Positions 1-9,354 are shown, counted from the stretch's first letter. The stretch is DNA of 64,000 nucleotides from an uncultured Spirochaetota bacterium (GCA_942491575.1 CALOBT010000025.1:1664299-1728298); one strand, 5' to 3'. The notes: generated by a model from the letters alone, not told the origin. Translations and numbers: made by a program.

Positions 1-2908
1 TCCCTACACCTTCCTCAAGAACCTTTTGAATAAAGACACCTGCCCTTTCAAGATCCTCAGGACTGTAATAGGAGTTTGGTGCCGGCATCCTCGCAATCTC
101 TTCATCAGTATAGCCGGAAATTTCCCGAAAAGATCGGTTCCAGCGCAGCGCCTTGCCGGTGGCAGGATCCAGAAGAAAAAAGGTATCCTTCTGGGCATCC
201 AGGGCGGTATCGGTGAATTCCTTCTCGCGCTGCAGTGCATCTTCGACACGCTTATGAACAACGGTCTCCCATGCCATGTCTGCTAATTTTTGAATCGTCT
301 CTACATCATTCTCATTGTAATCGTTTTTCTTGTTTCCAACTCCAAGAACCGCTACAATATTCTCTCCACGAAAGACAGGGACCACCAATTCGCGAATGAC
401 CGGGGTATGCCCCTCCGGAAGTCCCTTCTTATGGGAAAGGCCCGCGTAGTCGTTGTGAATTACCGGCCTTCCTTCACGGACACAGTCCATCCACACCCCG
501 GCGCCAGATATCGAGTAATGCATGCCTGTGCCCTCTGCGCTACACATTTTTTCCAGTGTATTCGTCGACCATGCCTGGAGCGAAACATACTGGTGATTTT
601 CTTCAAAAAAGTGATAAAAACCGATCTCGCTGTCGGTGAGTTCTTCTGCTTCATCCAGAAACTTTTGCAGCAGTTCCCATATTGAATAATTCATACTATA
701 CTCGATGAGCCTCAATTGTGCAGCCTGCATGTTTTCTGTTCGTTTCCGTACTGTGATATCGCGGGCCGATTCAATCACCTGTACAACCTCACCCCCTTCA
801 TCAAAGATAGGTGCAGCAACAATTTCCACATAGGTCTTTTCTCCGGCGGCATTCAGATGAACATGTTCGACGGCAACTGAACTTTTTCTTTCAACCACTT
901 CCCGCATCGGGCATGGATGTTCCATCCCTCTACATGGCAATTCATTGTGATGTGAAACAAGGTGGCAAAGCATACGAGAAGAAACAGGATCTCTCCCACC
1001 GGTCATTTCGCGGACGGTTCGATTTGCAAGGGCGATCGTGAAGTCCAGGTTTACAACCATCAAAACTTCAGGAAATCCATCGATAACCGTCTGCATAAAT
1101 ACCCGGGTACGTTCTCCCTCAGCTTCAGCCAGCTTTCGTTCGGAAATATCCACATGAGTCCCCACCATGCGGAGGGGATTCCCCTCTTCATCACGCTCAG
1201 ATATGCGTCCACGTCCGAGAATCCACTGCCATGCACCGTCTTTCCGTTTATACCGAAACTCAATAGCGAAGGTCTCTCCCGACTGCAGAGACTTCTGCAC
1301 CTCCGGTTCACACCTTAGAAGGTCATCGGTGTTAATCAGGCTGCGCCACATTTCCCAGGTGACAGGAAATTCATCCGGTTCATATCCTAACATAGTATAA
1401 CTGCGGGGACTCCAGTAGACTGCGCCGGTTTTTAAATTCCAGTCCCAGAGTCCATCACTGGTGGCCTCCTGGGCCATACGAAAGCGTTCTTCGCTTTCCA
1501 GTAACTGATCCTGGTATTCTCCATAAGTGAGAGCCACAGCAGCGAGATCACCAAATCCCCGGGCAATTTTGGCATCCCTCTCTGAAAATCCACCGGGCTT
1601 ATTCCCAAGACCGATAAGCCCAACAGGCCTATCATCAATAAGCAATGGAGCAAAAAGGACATTATCCAGTTTAACATGACCGGGGGGCATAAACTTTACC
1701 CATTTGCTGTCAACATAATTGTTATCATAAGCCGCCTTCCCGGTTCTGTAGGCCACTTCCCTCAATCCCCTTATAGGCATTGGAAGTTCCGGATCAACAG
1801 TACATGGCAGACCGCCGGCATCCAGAAACAATACCTCATTCTCACTACGATCCTCGGAAAGAAGGGCGACGTAACCGGATTTTGCTCCGATCAATTCCCT
1901 GCAAATATCAAAAATCTTTCTGGCGGCTTCCTCAAAGGTTCTGCAGAGTGGTATGGCCTGAGAGGCCTCAAGCAGGGCTGCTATTTCTCTCTGACGTAAA
2001 GTAGCTTCTTCAAGGGCCTCCTTTATTTTATTTTCCGCCTCCTTCCGATCGGTTATATTTTCCGCCACCGAAATGATCCTGTTAACGGATCCGTTACCGG
2101 CAAAGAGGGGCACAGTGCGATACAACTGATACTGGTTGTATATATACAGCTCAAAAGATTGCTCCTCCCCCTTAAAAGTCTTTTCATAATAACCACGAAT
2201 AAGAGGCGTATTATCACCAAATGCCTCCTCAAGAGTCGTCCCTATATACTCTTGTGGATCCAGATTCTGTTTTTTGAATTCCTGCCCCGAGGTAAAACCA
2301 ATGGTATAATCCTTTTCAATGATTGATATAAAGGAATTGGGATAATTTTCTGCAATTTTACGCAGCAGCTCCTCGCTCTGCTGCAACGCTTTACCATGCT
2401 TCAGTATCTCCCGCTGTGATTCTTCCAGCTGTTCGTTTGTCGCCAGCAGCTCTTCATTGGTCGCCTCGAGCTCCTCATTGGTTGCAACCAGCTCCTGCTG
2501 ATGGTCTCTGACACGCTGTTTTTCTTCAAAAAGCTTGAAGGCCATGTTGATAGATGCGTTGAGAACCGTTGCACCTGAGTTCTTAACAATATATCCATAG
2601 CAGGTAATGCCTTCTGTCTTCTGCACCACTTCCGGTTCCGTGTGGGCAGACAGGAAGACAAGGGGGATGTCAAACTCGCCAAGTATCTGTTTTGCCGCCG
2701 TGGTGCCATCAATACCTCTTCCCAGGTCTATATCCATGAGAATAAGATCTATGCCACGGGTTGTTTCGACAGTTTCTACGGCATCTTCACCAGTATATAC
2801 AGATATTACAGCATAGCCACTATTTTCAAGGGTCTTTGATGCAGCAAGGGCCGTAACAGCTTCATCTTCGACGAGGAGAATTGTTCTTTTTGATTTCCCG
2901 TTCAACAT
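1..2908 (-). CDS. Multidomain signal-transduction protein: N-terminal receiver (REC), coiled coil, then alternating PAS and GAF modules. The C-terminal (output) part lies beyond the left window edge (partial)
   Basis: Absent from the ORF track because it has no stop inside the window. Manual minus-strand translation from ATG 2908-2906 gives MLNGKSKRTILLVEDEAVTALAASKTLENSGYAVISVYTGEDAVETVETTRGIDLILMDIDLGRGIDGTTAAKQIL (receiver; acceptor Asp in LILMDIDL). Next comes ELVATNEELEATNEELLATNEQLEES, then GAF-like segments (LIGLGNKPGGFSERDAKIA; REGRPVIHNDYAGLSHKKGLPEGHTPVIRELVVPVFRGE) and PAS-like segments, ending ...SPEDLERAGVFIQKVLEEGVG at nt 4-2. All listed minus ORFs in 1-2900 are in another frame, consistent with this frame being open throughout. 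Confidence 0.85.
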   Translation of the reverse strand, partial: MLNGKSKRTILLVEDEAVTALAASKTLENSGYAVISVYTGEDAVETVETTRGIDLILMDIDLGRGIDGTTAAKQILGEFDIPLVFLSAHTEPEVVQKTEGITCYGYIVKNSGATVLNASINMAFKLFEEKQRVRDHQQELVATNEELEATNEELLATNEQLEESQREILKHGKALQQSEELLRKIAENYPNSFISIIEKDYTIGFTSGQEFKKQNLDPQEYIGTTLEEAFGDNTPLIRGYYEKTFKGEEQSFELYIYNQYQLYRTVPLFAGNGSVNRIISVAENITDRKEAENKIKEALEEATLRQREIAALLEASQAIPLCRTFEEAARKIFDICRELIGAKSGYVALLSEDRSENEVLFLDAGGLPCTVDPELPMPIRGLREVAYRTGKAAYDNNYVDSKWVKFMPPGHVKLDNVLFAPLLIDDRPVGLIGLGNKPGGFSERDAKIARGFGDLAAVALTYGEYQDQLLESEERFRMAQEATSDGLWDWNLKTGAVYWSPRSYTMLGYEPDEFPVTWEMWRSLINTDDLLRCEPEVQKSLQSGETFAIEFRYKRKDGAWQWILGRGRISERDEEGNPLRMVGTHVDISERKLAEAEGERTRVFMQTVIDGFPEVLMVVNLDFTIALANRTVREMTGGRDPVSSRMLCHLVSHHNELPCRGMEHPCPMREVVERKSSVAVEHVHLNAAGEKTYVEIVAAPIFDEGGEVVQVIESARDITVRKRTENMQAAQLRLIEYSMNYSIWELLQKFLDEAEELTDSEIGFYHFFEENHQYVSLQAWSTNTLEKMCSAEGTGMHYSISGAGVWMDCVREGRPVIHNDYAGLSHKKGLPEGHTPVIRELVVPVFRGENIVAVLGVGNKKNDYNENDVETIQKLADMAWETVVHKRVEDALQREKEFTDTALDAQKDTFFLLDPATGKALRWNRSFREISGYTDEEIARMPAPNSYYSPEDLERAGVFIQKVLEEGVG

Positions 2909-3188
2909 TTACGGTTTCTCTGATTTTTATCGATTGAGAGTTATCTAAACATAAATGGCCGCAATATTCAAGTTATGCAAAAAATCAATGTCAGAGGCTT
3001 TATTATATCGCTTTAATGCACTTAATTATACACTTAGTGACGTGAGATGTCAATTTACTTTAGAAGGATGAGGGGAAGATGAATTAAACTTCCCCTCAAA
3101 CTATTATCGAAAAACATAAGGAGAAAGAAGCAAGAAGGTCGCCGCACAATCCGATAGCAGCACCGGGAGATACAGGCGATAATCAAAA

Positions 3189-4055
3189 TTAATTTATCTC
3201 ATAATTACCAGCGGAAAATTCCTTTACAAAAACTTCGGCGTCGCGCAATCCCATATCAAAGGCTGCCTGGCTCCCTTCAAGATTGGTGTAGTCCCATTTG
3301 GCAACAGGGGGATCTTCTGAAGGCTGCAGATAGAGCCTTCCCGGCACCTTCGGAATAATCTCCTGCGGATACCGGCGGGAGAGGAGAACCAGCGCTGAAC
3401 CGGTATCATCATCGAGGGCCGCCACGGGCACGTTATCTATGATGCCCCCATCCAGAACAGGTCGCCCGTCACGCTTCATAATGGGGACAACCGGTGGCGT
3501 ACAGGAAGAATGAAGAAGAAGGTCCGCCAGGTCTGATACGGTTTCACAGGTATTTACTGATACTACTTCCGCGTTGTAACCAATCTTTGAGGCCCAGCGG
3601 GGATGAACAGGATATGATATTTTTTTTTCGAGTGAATAGGCCATCAATCCGAAAAAGGTACCGCTGCGCGGCCCCAGGTACCATGGAGGGCGTGACAGGA
3701 GCACCCTCACTTCGGGACCATCTTTGATTTTTTTGAAGGCCTTTTCGGTAATAATTTCCATGATCGCACTTCGGTACATTGCATACTGGGGAAAAGCGGC
3801 ATCGCTGCTGAAAATTTTTGAAAAATAAAAATTCTTCTTGTTCTCGCCGGTAATTTTTTTAAAGAAATTCAGACCCTCCAGGATTCTGTCGCCGATACAC
3901 ATGCAGGCCATGGTGGACCCGGCACTGACACCGGCAATTACTTCCGGTTTTAAATCAAGGGCGGGACGGGCGACCTGCCAGAATCCCGCCTGCCAGAGAC
4001 AGCGGCTCCCGCCACCGGCAAATACAATTGACTGAAAAGGATTTTTCTTTTCCAT
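3189..4055 (-). CDS. Patatin-like phospholipase
   Basis: 288 aa with the oxyanion motif FAGGGSRC (GGGxR), the nucleophile elbow GVSAGS (GxSxG) and the catalytic Asp motif LDGGIIDNVP (DGG). Confidence 0.85.
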   Translation of the reverse strand: MEKKNPFQSIVFAGGGSRCLWQAGFWQVARPALDLKPEVIAGVSAGSTMACMCIGDRILEGLNFFKKITGENKKNFYFSKIFSSDAAFPQYAMYRSAIMEIITEKAFKKIKDGPEVRVLLSRPPWYLGPRSGTFFGLMAYSLEKKISYPVHPRWASKIGYNAEVVSVNTCETVSDLADLLLHSSCTPPVVPIMKRDGRPVLDGGIIDNVPVAALDDDTGSALVLLSRRYPQEIIPKVPGRLYLQPSEDPPVAKWDYTNLEGSQAAFDMGLRDAEVFVKEFSAGNYEIN

Positions 4056-4090
4056 TTACTTCCTCACACAAATTATTATTCCGATTGAAT

Positions 4091-4537
4091 CTATTTTTTT
4101 AACAGGTTTTCACAGGTAAGATTTTCTTCATGCACCTCTTCTGAAGGAATGGAAAGGCAGAGGATTTCATCGCTGTTGAGCTGCCGGAAAATCATCAGTT
4201 GACTGACTTCCCCCATTGAATGAAAAAAACATCCCTCACGTTTCTTTAGTATTTCCTTTACAAATAAAAACCGGCTGAAATCCGCCCCTACCAGCAACGG
4301 CCTGGGGTGAAAGACAATTTTCCCGTCACCGTTAATAATGTAATAGAAACCGCTTTTGGCCACCCTCCGGGTTTTGATGGAAAGAATGGCATTTCTATCT
4401 TTTGCAATATCACTGCGAAAATTTTCAACATCCTTCTGGATAGAAGCAACGGTGACGGGGCCGGTAACGGAACATGCTCCCGCAAGAATTATTGCCATGA
4501 ACAGCAGCCCCCCCTGCAGTTGACGTAACATTTTCAT
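4091..4537 (-). CDS. Small lipoprotein with single Cache-like sensory fold
   Basis: Signal peptide plus lipobox (LFMAIILAGAC). The core GFYYIINGDGKIVFHPRPLLVGADF is typical of Cache/PAS-like extracytoplasmic domains. No output domain. Confidence 0.5.
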   Translation of the reverse strand: MKMLRQLQGGLLFMAIILAGACSVTGPVTVASIQKDVENFRSDIAKDRNAILSIKTRRVAKSGFYYIINGDGKIVFHPRPLLVGADFSRFLFVKEILKKREGCFFHSMGEVSQLMIFRQLNSDEILCLSIPSEEVHEENLTCENLLKK

Positions 4538-4704
4538 TGCCGCCTCCTCGTATATTCTGATAATTATATTTTGGTAAGATTCAAAGCCTGCCTGGCAGAT
4601 TTGTCAAGTGCAATACCGGAGAGCCTTTCCCTGCAATAATCTGCTTGACCGAAAGGACTTCACCCGGCAGAAGTTAACAATTGAATAGAGAGGCGGCATA
4701 AAAA

Positions 4705-5478
4705 ATGACAATGGACCCGGCAACCTTTGCAGTATCATTTCTTTTCGGTATTTTATGGGGAAGTTTTTTCTTCACCCTGGCCCTCCGTTTTGTCGACGGC
4801 TCCATGGACCGTTCTCCCAGGGAAGCCCTCATGGGACGCTCCCGGTGCCCCCACTGTAAAAAGCCGGTTCACGCCATATACCTGGTGCCGGTATTGGGTT
4901 ACCTGGTTCTCCGCGGCAAATGCGCTCACTGCGGGGGAAAAATTTCCGCCGCATATCCCCTCGCGGAAACCGGTTTCGGTCTGCTCCTTGCATTCTTCGT
5001 CTACACCTTCGGCATCAACAGTATGACATCTGTATATTTTCTGCTGGCCAGTATTGGAATCTGCATCAGTATAATCGATGTAAAGACCATGCGTATTCCC
5101 GATTCCCTGCTGCTGGTATTCATAGGGCTTTCCCTTTATCCCCTGATTATATCCATGGAATGGAAAAGTCACCTCATGGGACTGGCTGTGATGGCGGTAT
5201 TTTTCCTGGTGATTCTTCTAATCTTTCCGGGGTCATTCGGAATGGGGGACATGAAATACGCAGCGCTGATCGGACTCCTCGTGGGTTTCGAGCAGTCCTT
5301 TGTGGTACTGGAGACGGCACTGATCACCGGCGCCATTACCGGCGTCATCTACGCGTCGGTTTCCGGAAAGGGGCTCCGGTCAAAAATGCCCTTCGGTCCC
5401 TTCCTCACACTGGGAATGATTATTTCAATGGTTTACGGACAGGATATTCTGCTGATGTATTACGGATTTATTAAGTAA
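4705..5478 (+). CDS. Prepilin (type IV leader) peptidase, A24 family
   Basis: Paired Cys motifs CPHCKKP...CAHCGG in the N-terminal cytoplasmic loop, a polytopic membrane profile, and the active-site Asp context GMGDMKY. Confidence 0.85.
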   Translation: MTMDPATFAVSFLFGILWGSFFFTLALRFVDGSMDRSPREALMGRSRCPHCKKPVHAIYLVPVLGYLVLRGKCAHCGGKISAAYPLAETGFGLLLAFFVYTFGINSMTSVYFLLASIGICISIIDVKTMRIPDSLLLVFIGLSLYPLIISMEWKSHLMGLAVMAVFFLVILLIFPGSFGMGDMKYAALIGLLVGFEQSFVVLETALITGAITGVIYASVSGKGLRSKMPFGPFLTLGMIISMVYGQDILLMYYGFIK

Positions 5479-5559
5479 GAGGGGCAAGGGTCAAGTTGAA
5501 TGGTACAAGTAATGTTCATTGAAGGTGACAATGCGCATTGTCACCTTCACAATATTCGC

Positions 5560-6582
5560 TTACAATAATTCCTTCACGCCCTTCCCTTCAGGATTCTCAA
5601 CAACACCCTTCTCGGTAATAATGGCGGAAATCAGCGCTGCGGGGGTAACATCAAAGGCGGGATTACGAATAGTAATCCCTTCTGGGACTATCTGGGTGTT
5701 GCCAACAAAGGCGACCTCATCAACGCTCCGTTCTTCAATGACGATATCCTCCCCCTTCTCCGTATTGGCATCGAGGGTTGTCACGGGAGCCGCCACATAA
5801 AATGGTATATTGTGATACTTTGCTGTTATAGCATGGGTATAGGTTCCGATCTTGTTAGCGGCATCACCATTTGCGGCGATACGGTCAGCCCCGACTATAA
5901 TTTTCTTAATGACACCTTCTTTCATAAAATGCGCCGCCATATTGTCTGAGATGACTGTCACCGGAATCCCGTCAGCCTGAAGTTCCCAGGCGGTAAGCCG
6001 GGCACCCTGCAGCACCGGTCTGGTCTCACATGCAAAAACAGATATTTCTTTCCCTTCTTCAATTGCGGCCCGTATCACTCCAAGGGCGGTTCCGAATCCC
6101 CCCGTCGCCAGGGCCCCGGCATTGCAATGTGTCATTACCACATCCCCATCTTCGAAGAAGCCGCTCCCGTTGGAACCGAGACGGTGGTTGGCATCGATAT
6201 CCTCCTGAAGAATTTTTTCAGATTCGGTCCTTAGGCGCGCTGAAAGCTCCTTCGGGGACCCTTCTCCGGAGAGTATTTTTTTCATTCGCTCAATGGCCCA
6301 GAAAAGATTTACTGCAGTAGGACGGGTTGCAGCAAATATATCACAGACCTTCTGCATTTCTTCGATAAATGCAGCCCGGTTGGAATCCTGATGGAACCTG
6401 GCACCCAGGGCAATCCCCATGGCGGCTGTGATACCGATGGCGGGAGCCCCGCGGACCGTCATATTACGGATAGCTTCGGCAACACCGAGATGTTCAGTAT
6501 ATTCATTATAAACTTCTTCCTGGGGAAGTTTTCGCTGGTCTAAAATTGAAACTTTATTATCTTTCCATTTAATGGTGTGCAT
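5560..6582 (-). CDS. mtnA: S-methyl-5-thioribose-1-phosphate isomerase (eIF-2B alpha/beta/delta-like family)
   Basis: 340 aa: VSILDQRKLPQEEVY, RGAPAIGITAAMG, GADRIAANGDAANKIGTY, AFDVTPAALISAIITEKG. Confidence 0.85.
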   Translation of the reverse strand: MHTIKWKDNKVSILDQRKLPQEEVYNEYTEHLGVAEAIRNMTVRGAPAIGITAAMGIALGARFHQDSNRAAFIEEMQKVCDIFAATRPTAVNLFWAIERMKKILSGEGSPKELSARLRTESEKILQEDIDANHRLGSNGSGFFEDGDVVMTHCNAGALATGGFGTALGVIRAAIEEGKEISVFACETRPVLQGARLTAWELQADGIPVTVISDNMAAHFMKEGVIKKIIVGADRIAANGDAANKIGTYTHAITAKYHNIPFYVAAPVTTLDANTEKGEDIVIEERSVDEVAFVGNTQIVPEGITIRNPAFDVTPAALISAIITEKGVVENPEGKGVKELL

Positions 6583-6586
6583 GGTC

Positions 6587-7510
6587 TTATCCCTGATTTT
6601 CGTTTTGTTCTACCCTGTTTTTCCTCATAGTGATGCAATTTCCCTTTTCATTCCAGAAAACCTCATCCATATGAAGCTGTATTATCAAAAGTCCGCGGCC
6701 GCTGTTCTTAAAAAAATTTTCCGGGTCACGGGCATCCGGCAGTCCCCTGTAATTAAAACCCGGGCCTTCATCCTCGATTATATATTCAACGTGTTCATAA
6801 TTCTGCTCGTAGGAAATTTTTACGGTACGGTTTTTATATCTTTCATCTTCTTTTCTTTTTTCAATCTCTTCATTGAATGCCTTTACACCACCCTGCTCCC
6901 TCATTTCGGAACTGATTTCCAGGTTGCCGTGAAACATGGCGTTACTGATGGCCTCCTTAAGGGCCATGGAAATATTTTCCGCAGTTGTGGCATTACAAAG
7001 ACCTGACGGAACAAGGTTTTTCGTCAGTTTATAGGATATGGTGTTCATGATAGAGGTATCAACCGGAATCCGGAAAACAGATTTTTCGTATTCGGTAAAA
7101 CGCGCAAAGCTTTTCTCGAGTAGACGTTCATGTTTCCGCCGCAGTATAGCTCTCACTGAAGAGGCGACATCATTGATGTCGAAGGGTTTTCGGATAAAGT
7201 CATTGGCCCCGAAACGAAGGGCAGTAACGGCATCCTCAACATTCCCATGCCCCGTAATGAGCATTACGGGAATCGGTTCGTCGAGGGCCTTAACACGGCG
7301 CAGTAGTTCGATACCATCCATCTTTCGCAGTTTTATATCGGAAATAATCAGGTCAATGGACTGTTCATCATTTTTTATCAGGTAGAGCGCATCTTCCGCT
7401 TTTTCAAGGGAAATGACGTGATACCCCAGGCGGGAAAGTTTTTTCTGAAGGGTAAAACGGATTACCTCTTCGTCATCGATAACAATTATTGTTGCTGACT
7501 GTTCCGGCAT
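6587..7510 (-). CDS. Response-regulator receiver fused to an RsbW/SpoIIAB-like (HATPase_c_2) serine-kinase-type domain
   Basis: The N-terminus IIVIDDEEVIRF...DLIISDIKLRKMDG...KPF is a receiver. The C-terminus has LKEAISNAMFHGN ... IIEDEGPGF ... GRGLLIIQ (N, G1 and G2-like ATP-lid boxes). Its start ATG overlaps the ribBA stop (TAATG at 7508-7512). Confidence 0.75.
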   Translation of the reverse strand: MPEQSATIIVIDDEEVIRFTLQKKLSRLGYHVISLEKAEDALYLIKNDEQSIDLIISDIKLRKMDGIELLRRVKALDEPIPVMLITGHGNVEDAVTALRFGANDFIRKPFDINDVASSVRAILRRKHERLLEKSFARFTEYEKSVFRIPVDTSIMNTISYKLTKNLVPSGLCNATTAENISMALKEAISNAMFHGNLEISSEMREQGGVKAFNEEIEKRKEDERYKNRTVKISYEQNYEHVEYIIEDEGPGFNYRGLPDARDPENFFKNSGRGLLIIQLHMDEVFWNEKGNCITMRKNRVEQNENQG

Positions 7511-8727
7511 TAGTCGATATTATCCTCTTCTCCCATAATAAAGTGTCCCATCTTATCACGCTTCGTCGTAAGGTACCGGACGTTCTCGTCCTTCGCCTGA
7601 ATTTCGATGGAAACCCGCTCGGTTATTTCCAGGCCATAACCCTCAAGACCTATTATCTTCTTTGGATTATTTGTAATCAGGCGGATTTTATGCAGCCCCA
7701 GGTCAACAAGGATCTGAGCCCCGATTCCATAATCCCGAAGATCATCGGCGAAACCGAGTTCAATATTTGCCTCAACGGTATCCATTCCCTGCTCCTGCAG
7801 CTGGTAGGCCTTGATTTTATTTCCAAGTCCGATACCGCGACCCTCCTGGCGCATGTAGAGGATGACACCCTCTCCCTCCTGTTCAACCATCATCATGGCC
7901 CGGTGGAGCTGGCTGCCGCAGTCACATCGCCGTGATGCCAGAACATCACCCGTCAGACATTCTGAGTGAACGCGAACCAGAACATTTTCTTTGCCTGCTA
8001 CATTACCCTTTACCATTGCAACGTGGGTTACATTCTCAAATTCGGAATCATAGGCAATTATTTTAAACTCACCGTAATCGGTAGGCAGGTTCGCGGAGGA
8101 AACATGGTTTACCAGGCGTTCACTGTGCTGCCTGTGTTTAATGAGATCTGAAATTGTTGCAATTTTCAAATCATGCTTTTTGGCGAATTTATCGAGATCC
8201 GGCCGGCGAGCCATGGTACCGTCTTCATTCAGCACCTCACAGATAACACCGGCTGACTTGAGTCCAGCCATCCTGGCAAGATCTACGGCCCCTTCACTGT
8301 GTCCGGCACGGACAAGAACCCCTCCCTTCCTCGCCGCAAGGGGGAAGATGTGTCCCGGTTTTCTCAGGTCCTCTGGACAGGATTTTTCATCAATCATCAC
8401 CTCGACGGTTTTTGCCCGGTCAGGAGCGGAAATTCCGGTGGTGGTTCCCTCTACGGCATCAACGGAAACAGTAAAGGCGGTGCCGTATTTGTCGGTATTT
8501 TCCGTTACCATCAGTTTCAGATCGAGACGATCAATCATCTCCTGTTCCATGGGTACACAAATAAGGCCGCGCCCGTACTTCGCCATGAAATTTATTATTT
8601 CCGGGGTACAATGTTCCGCCGCGACAATCAGGTCCCCCTCGTTTTCCCGATCCTCATTGTCTACAAGGATTATCATTTTCCCCTGACGGATATCTTCAAT
8701 TACTTCGTATATTGAGCTGGATTTCAT
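7510..8727 (-). CDS. ribBA: Bifunctional 3,4-dihydroxy-2-butanone-4-phosphate synthase / GTP cyclohydrolase II
   Basis: 405 aa: [16 protein letters not shown] (DHBP synthase), then [21 protein letters not shown] and EGRGIGL (GCH II zinc and active-site motifs). Confidence 0.95.
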   Translation of the reverse strand: MKSSSIYEVIEDIRQGKMIILVDNEDRENEGDLIVAAEHCTPEIINFMAKYGRGLICVPMEQEMIDRLDLKLMVTENTDKYGTAFTVSVDAVEGTTTGISAPDRAKTVEVMIDEKSCPEDLRKPGHIFPLAARKGGVLVRAGHSEGAVDLARMAGLKSAGVICEVLNEDGTMARRPDLDKFAKKHDLKIATISDLIKHRQHSERLVNHVSSANLPTDYGEFKIIAYDSEFENVTHVAMVKGNVAGKENVLVRVHSECLTGDVLASRRCDCGSQLHRAMMMVEQEGEGVILYMRQEGRGIGLGNKIKAYQLQEQGMDTVEANIELGFADDLRDYGIGAQILVDLGLHKIRLITNNPKKIIGLEGYGLEITERVSIEIQAKDENVRYLTTKRDKMGHFIMGEEDNID

Positions 8728-8826
8728 GGCAGGCTCCTTCTTGGCTGAATTGACTCATTACATTTTGCCACCTTGAATAGTCAAGGTTTTTTACAGCTTT
8801 TACCCACAGCATAAGTGAGTCATGTA

Positions 8827-9180
8827 TCACTCCGGCTTTTCAGCAATAACCGTCGCAGTGGCATAGTGGCGCTCATGGCTGATGGAAAGGTGAAGATTCA
8901 ATCCCTCCGCAACTCCTTCCGGAATAATGAAAAACGGCGCCCCGTGAGAATCTTTTTCTATTATTACATGGGGGAAATTAAAGTCTCTGTTTCTGAGGGC
9001 CTTCACCAGTGCCTCCCTGGCGGCGAAGCGTCCCGCAATGAATGCGTCGGGATCACCCTTAGGTATGGAAGTAATTTCTTTTTCTGAGAGTATCTTCCGC
9101 AGAAAATTATTTCCGTATTTTTTTCTCAGTCTCCTTATACGGGAGATTTCAACAATGTCGGTGCCGATTCCGGTTATCAT
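8827..9180 (-). CDS. acpS: Holo-[acyl-carrier-protein] synthase
   Basis: MITGIGTDIVEISRI... is the canonical AcpS N-terminus. I start at ATG 9180, not the track start 9300, because the upstream 40 codons run through a 40-nt perfect palindrome and are unlike AcpS. Confidence 0.85.
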   Translation of the reverse strand: MITGIGTDIVEISRIRRLRKKYGNNFLRKILSEKEITSIPKGDPDAFIAGRFAAREALVKALRNRDFNFPHVIIEKDSHGAPFFIIPEGVAEGLNLHLSISHERHYATATVIAEKPE

Positions 9181-9242
9181 ATATAAACTTCCTTTCAAAT
9201 CAACTCTTACCAGCTGCGTATCATGAAGGCAAGCAATTTCCG

Positions 9243-9282
9243 TCTCATGAAGGAGCGAAAGCGCTTTCGCTCCTTCATGAGA
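9243..9282. promoter_or_regulatory. 40-nt perfect palindrome in the divergent acpS / ACT-gene intergenic region (candidate operator or RNA hairpin)
   Basis: tctcatgaaggagcgaaagc|gctttcgctccttcatgaga: every one of the 20 pairs checked base by base. A third TCATGAAGG copy lies at 9221-9229. Confidence 0.6.
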
Positions 9283-9354
9283 ACACAAGAGACTTGACAA
9301 ATCATTTCAACTCTGTAATCATTCGTTATCCTGAATAATTACAGAGGTATAACC

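Noticed and set aside
1-2908. No long ORF is listed in the track for the first 2.9 kb, which raised the suspicion of a pseudogene field or an alternative genetic code.
   Set aside because: Manual translation shows one continuous standard-code ORF from ATG 2908 to the window edge. The track simply omits ORFs that lack a stop inside the window; the same holds for 63010-64000.
3189-4055. Patatin-like phospholipase considered as a CapV-type CBASS effector.
   Set aside because: No CD-NTase/cyclase, E1/E2/JAB or other CBASS gene is adjacent. The neighbours are a Cache lipoprotein and a sensor protein, so the context does not support a defence call.
8728-8826. FMN riboswitch expected upstream of ribBA.
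   Set aside because: The gap is only 99 nt and lacks the conserved FMN-element core. It contains a single simple hairpin.
8827-9300. Long (157 aa) form of the acpS ORF.
   Set aside because: The extra 40 codons run through the 40-nt palindrome and do not resemble AcpS. MITGIGTDIVE at ATG 9180 is the canonical N-terminus.
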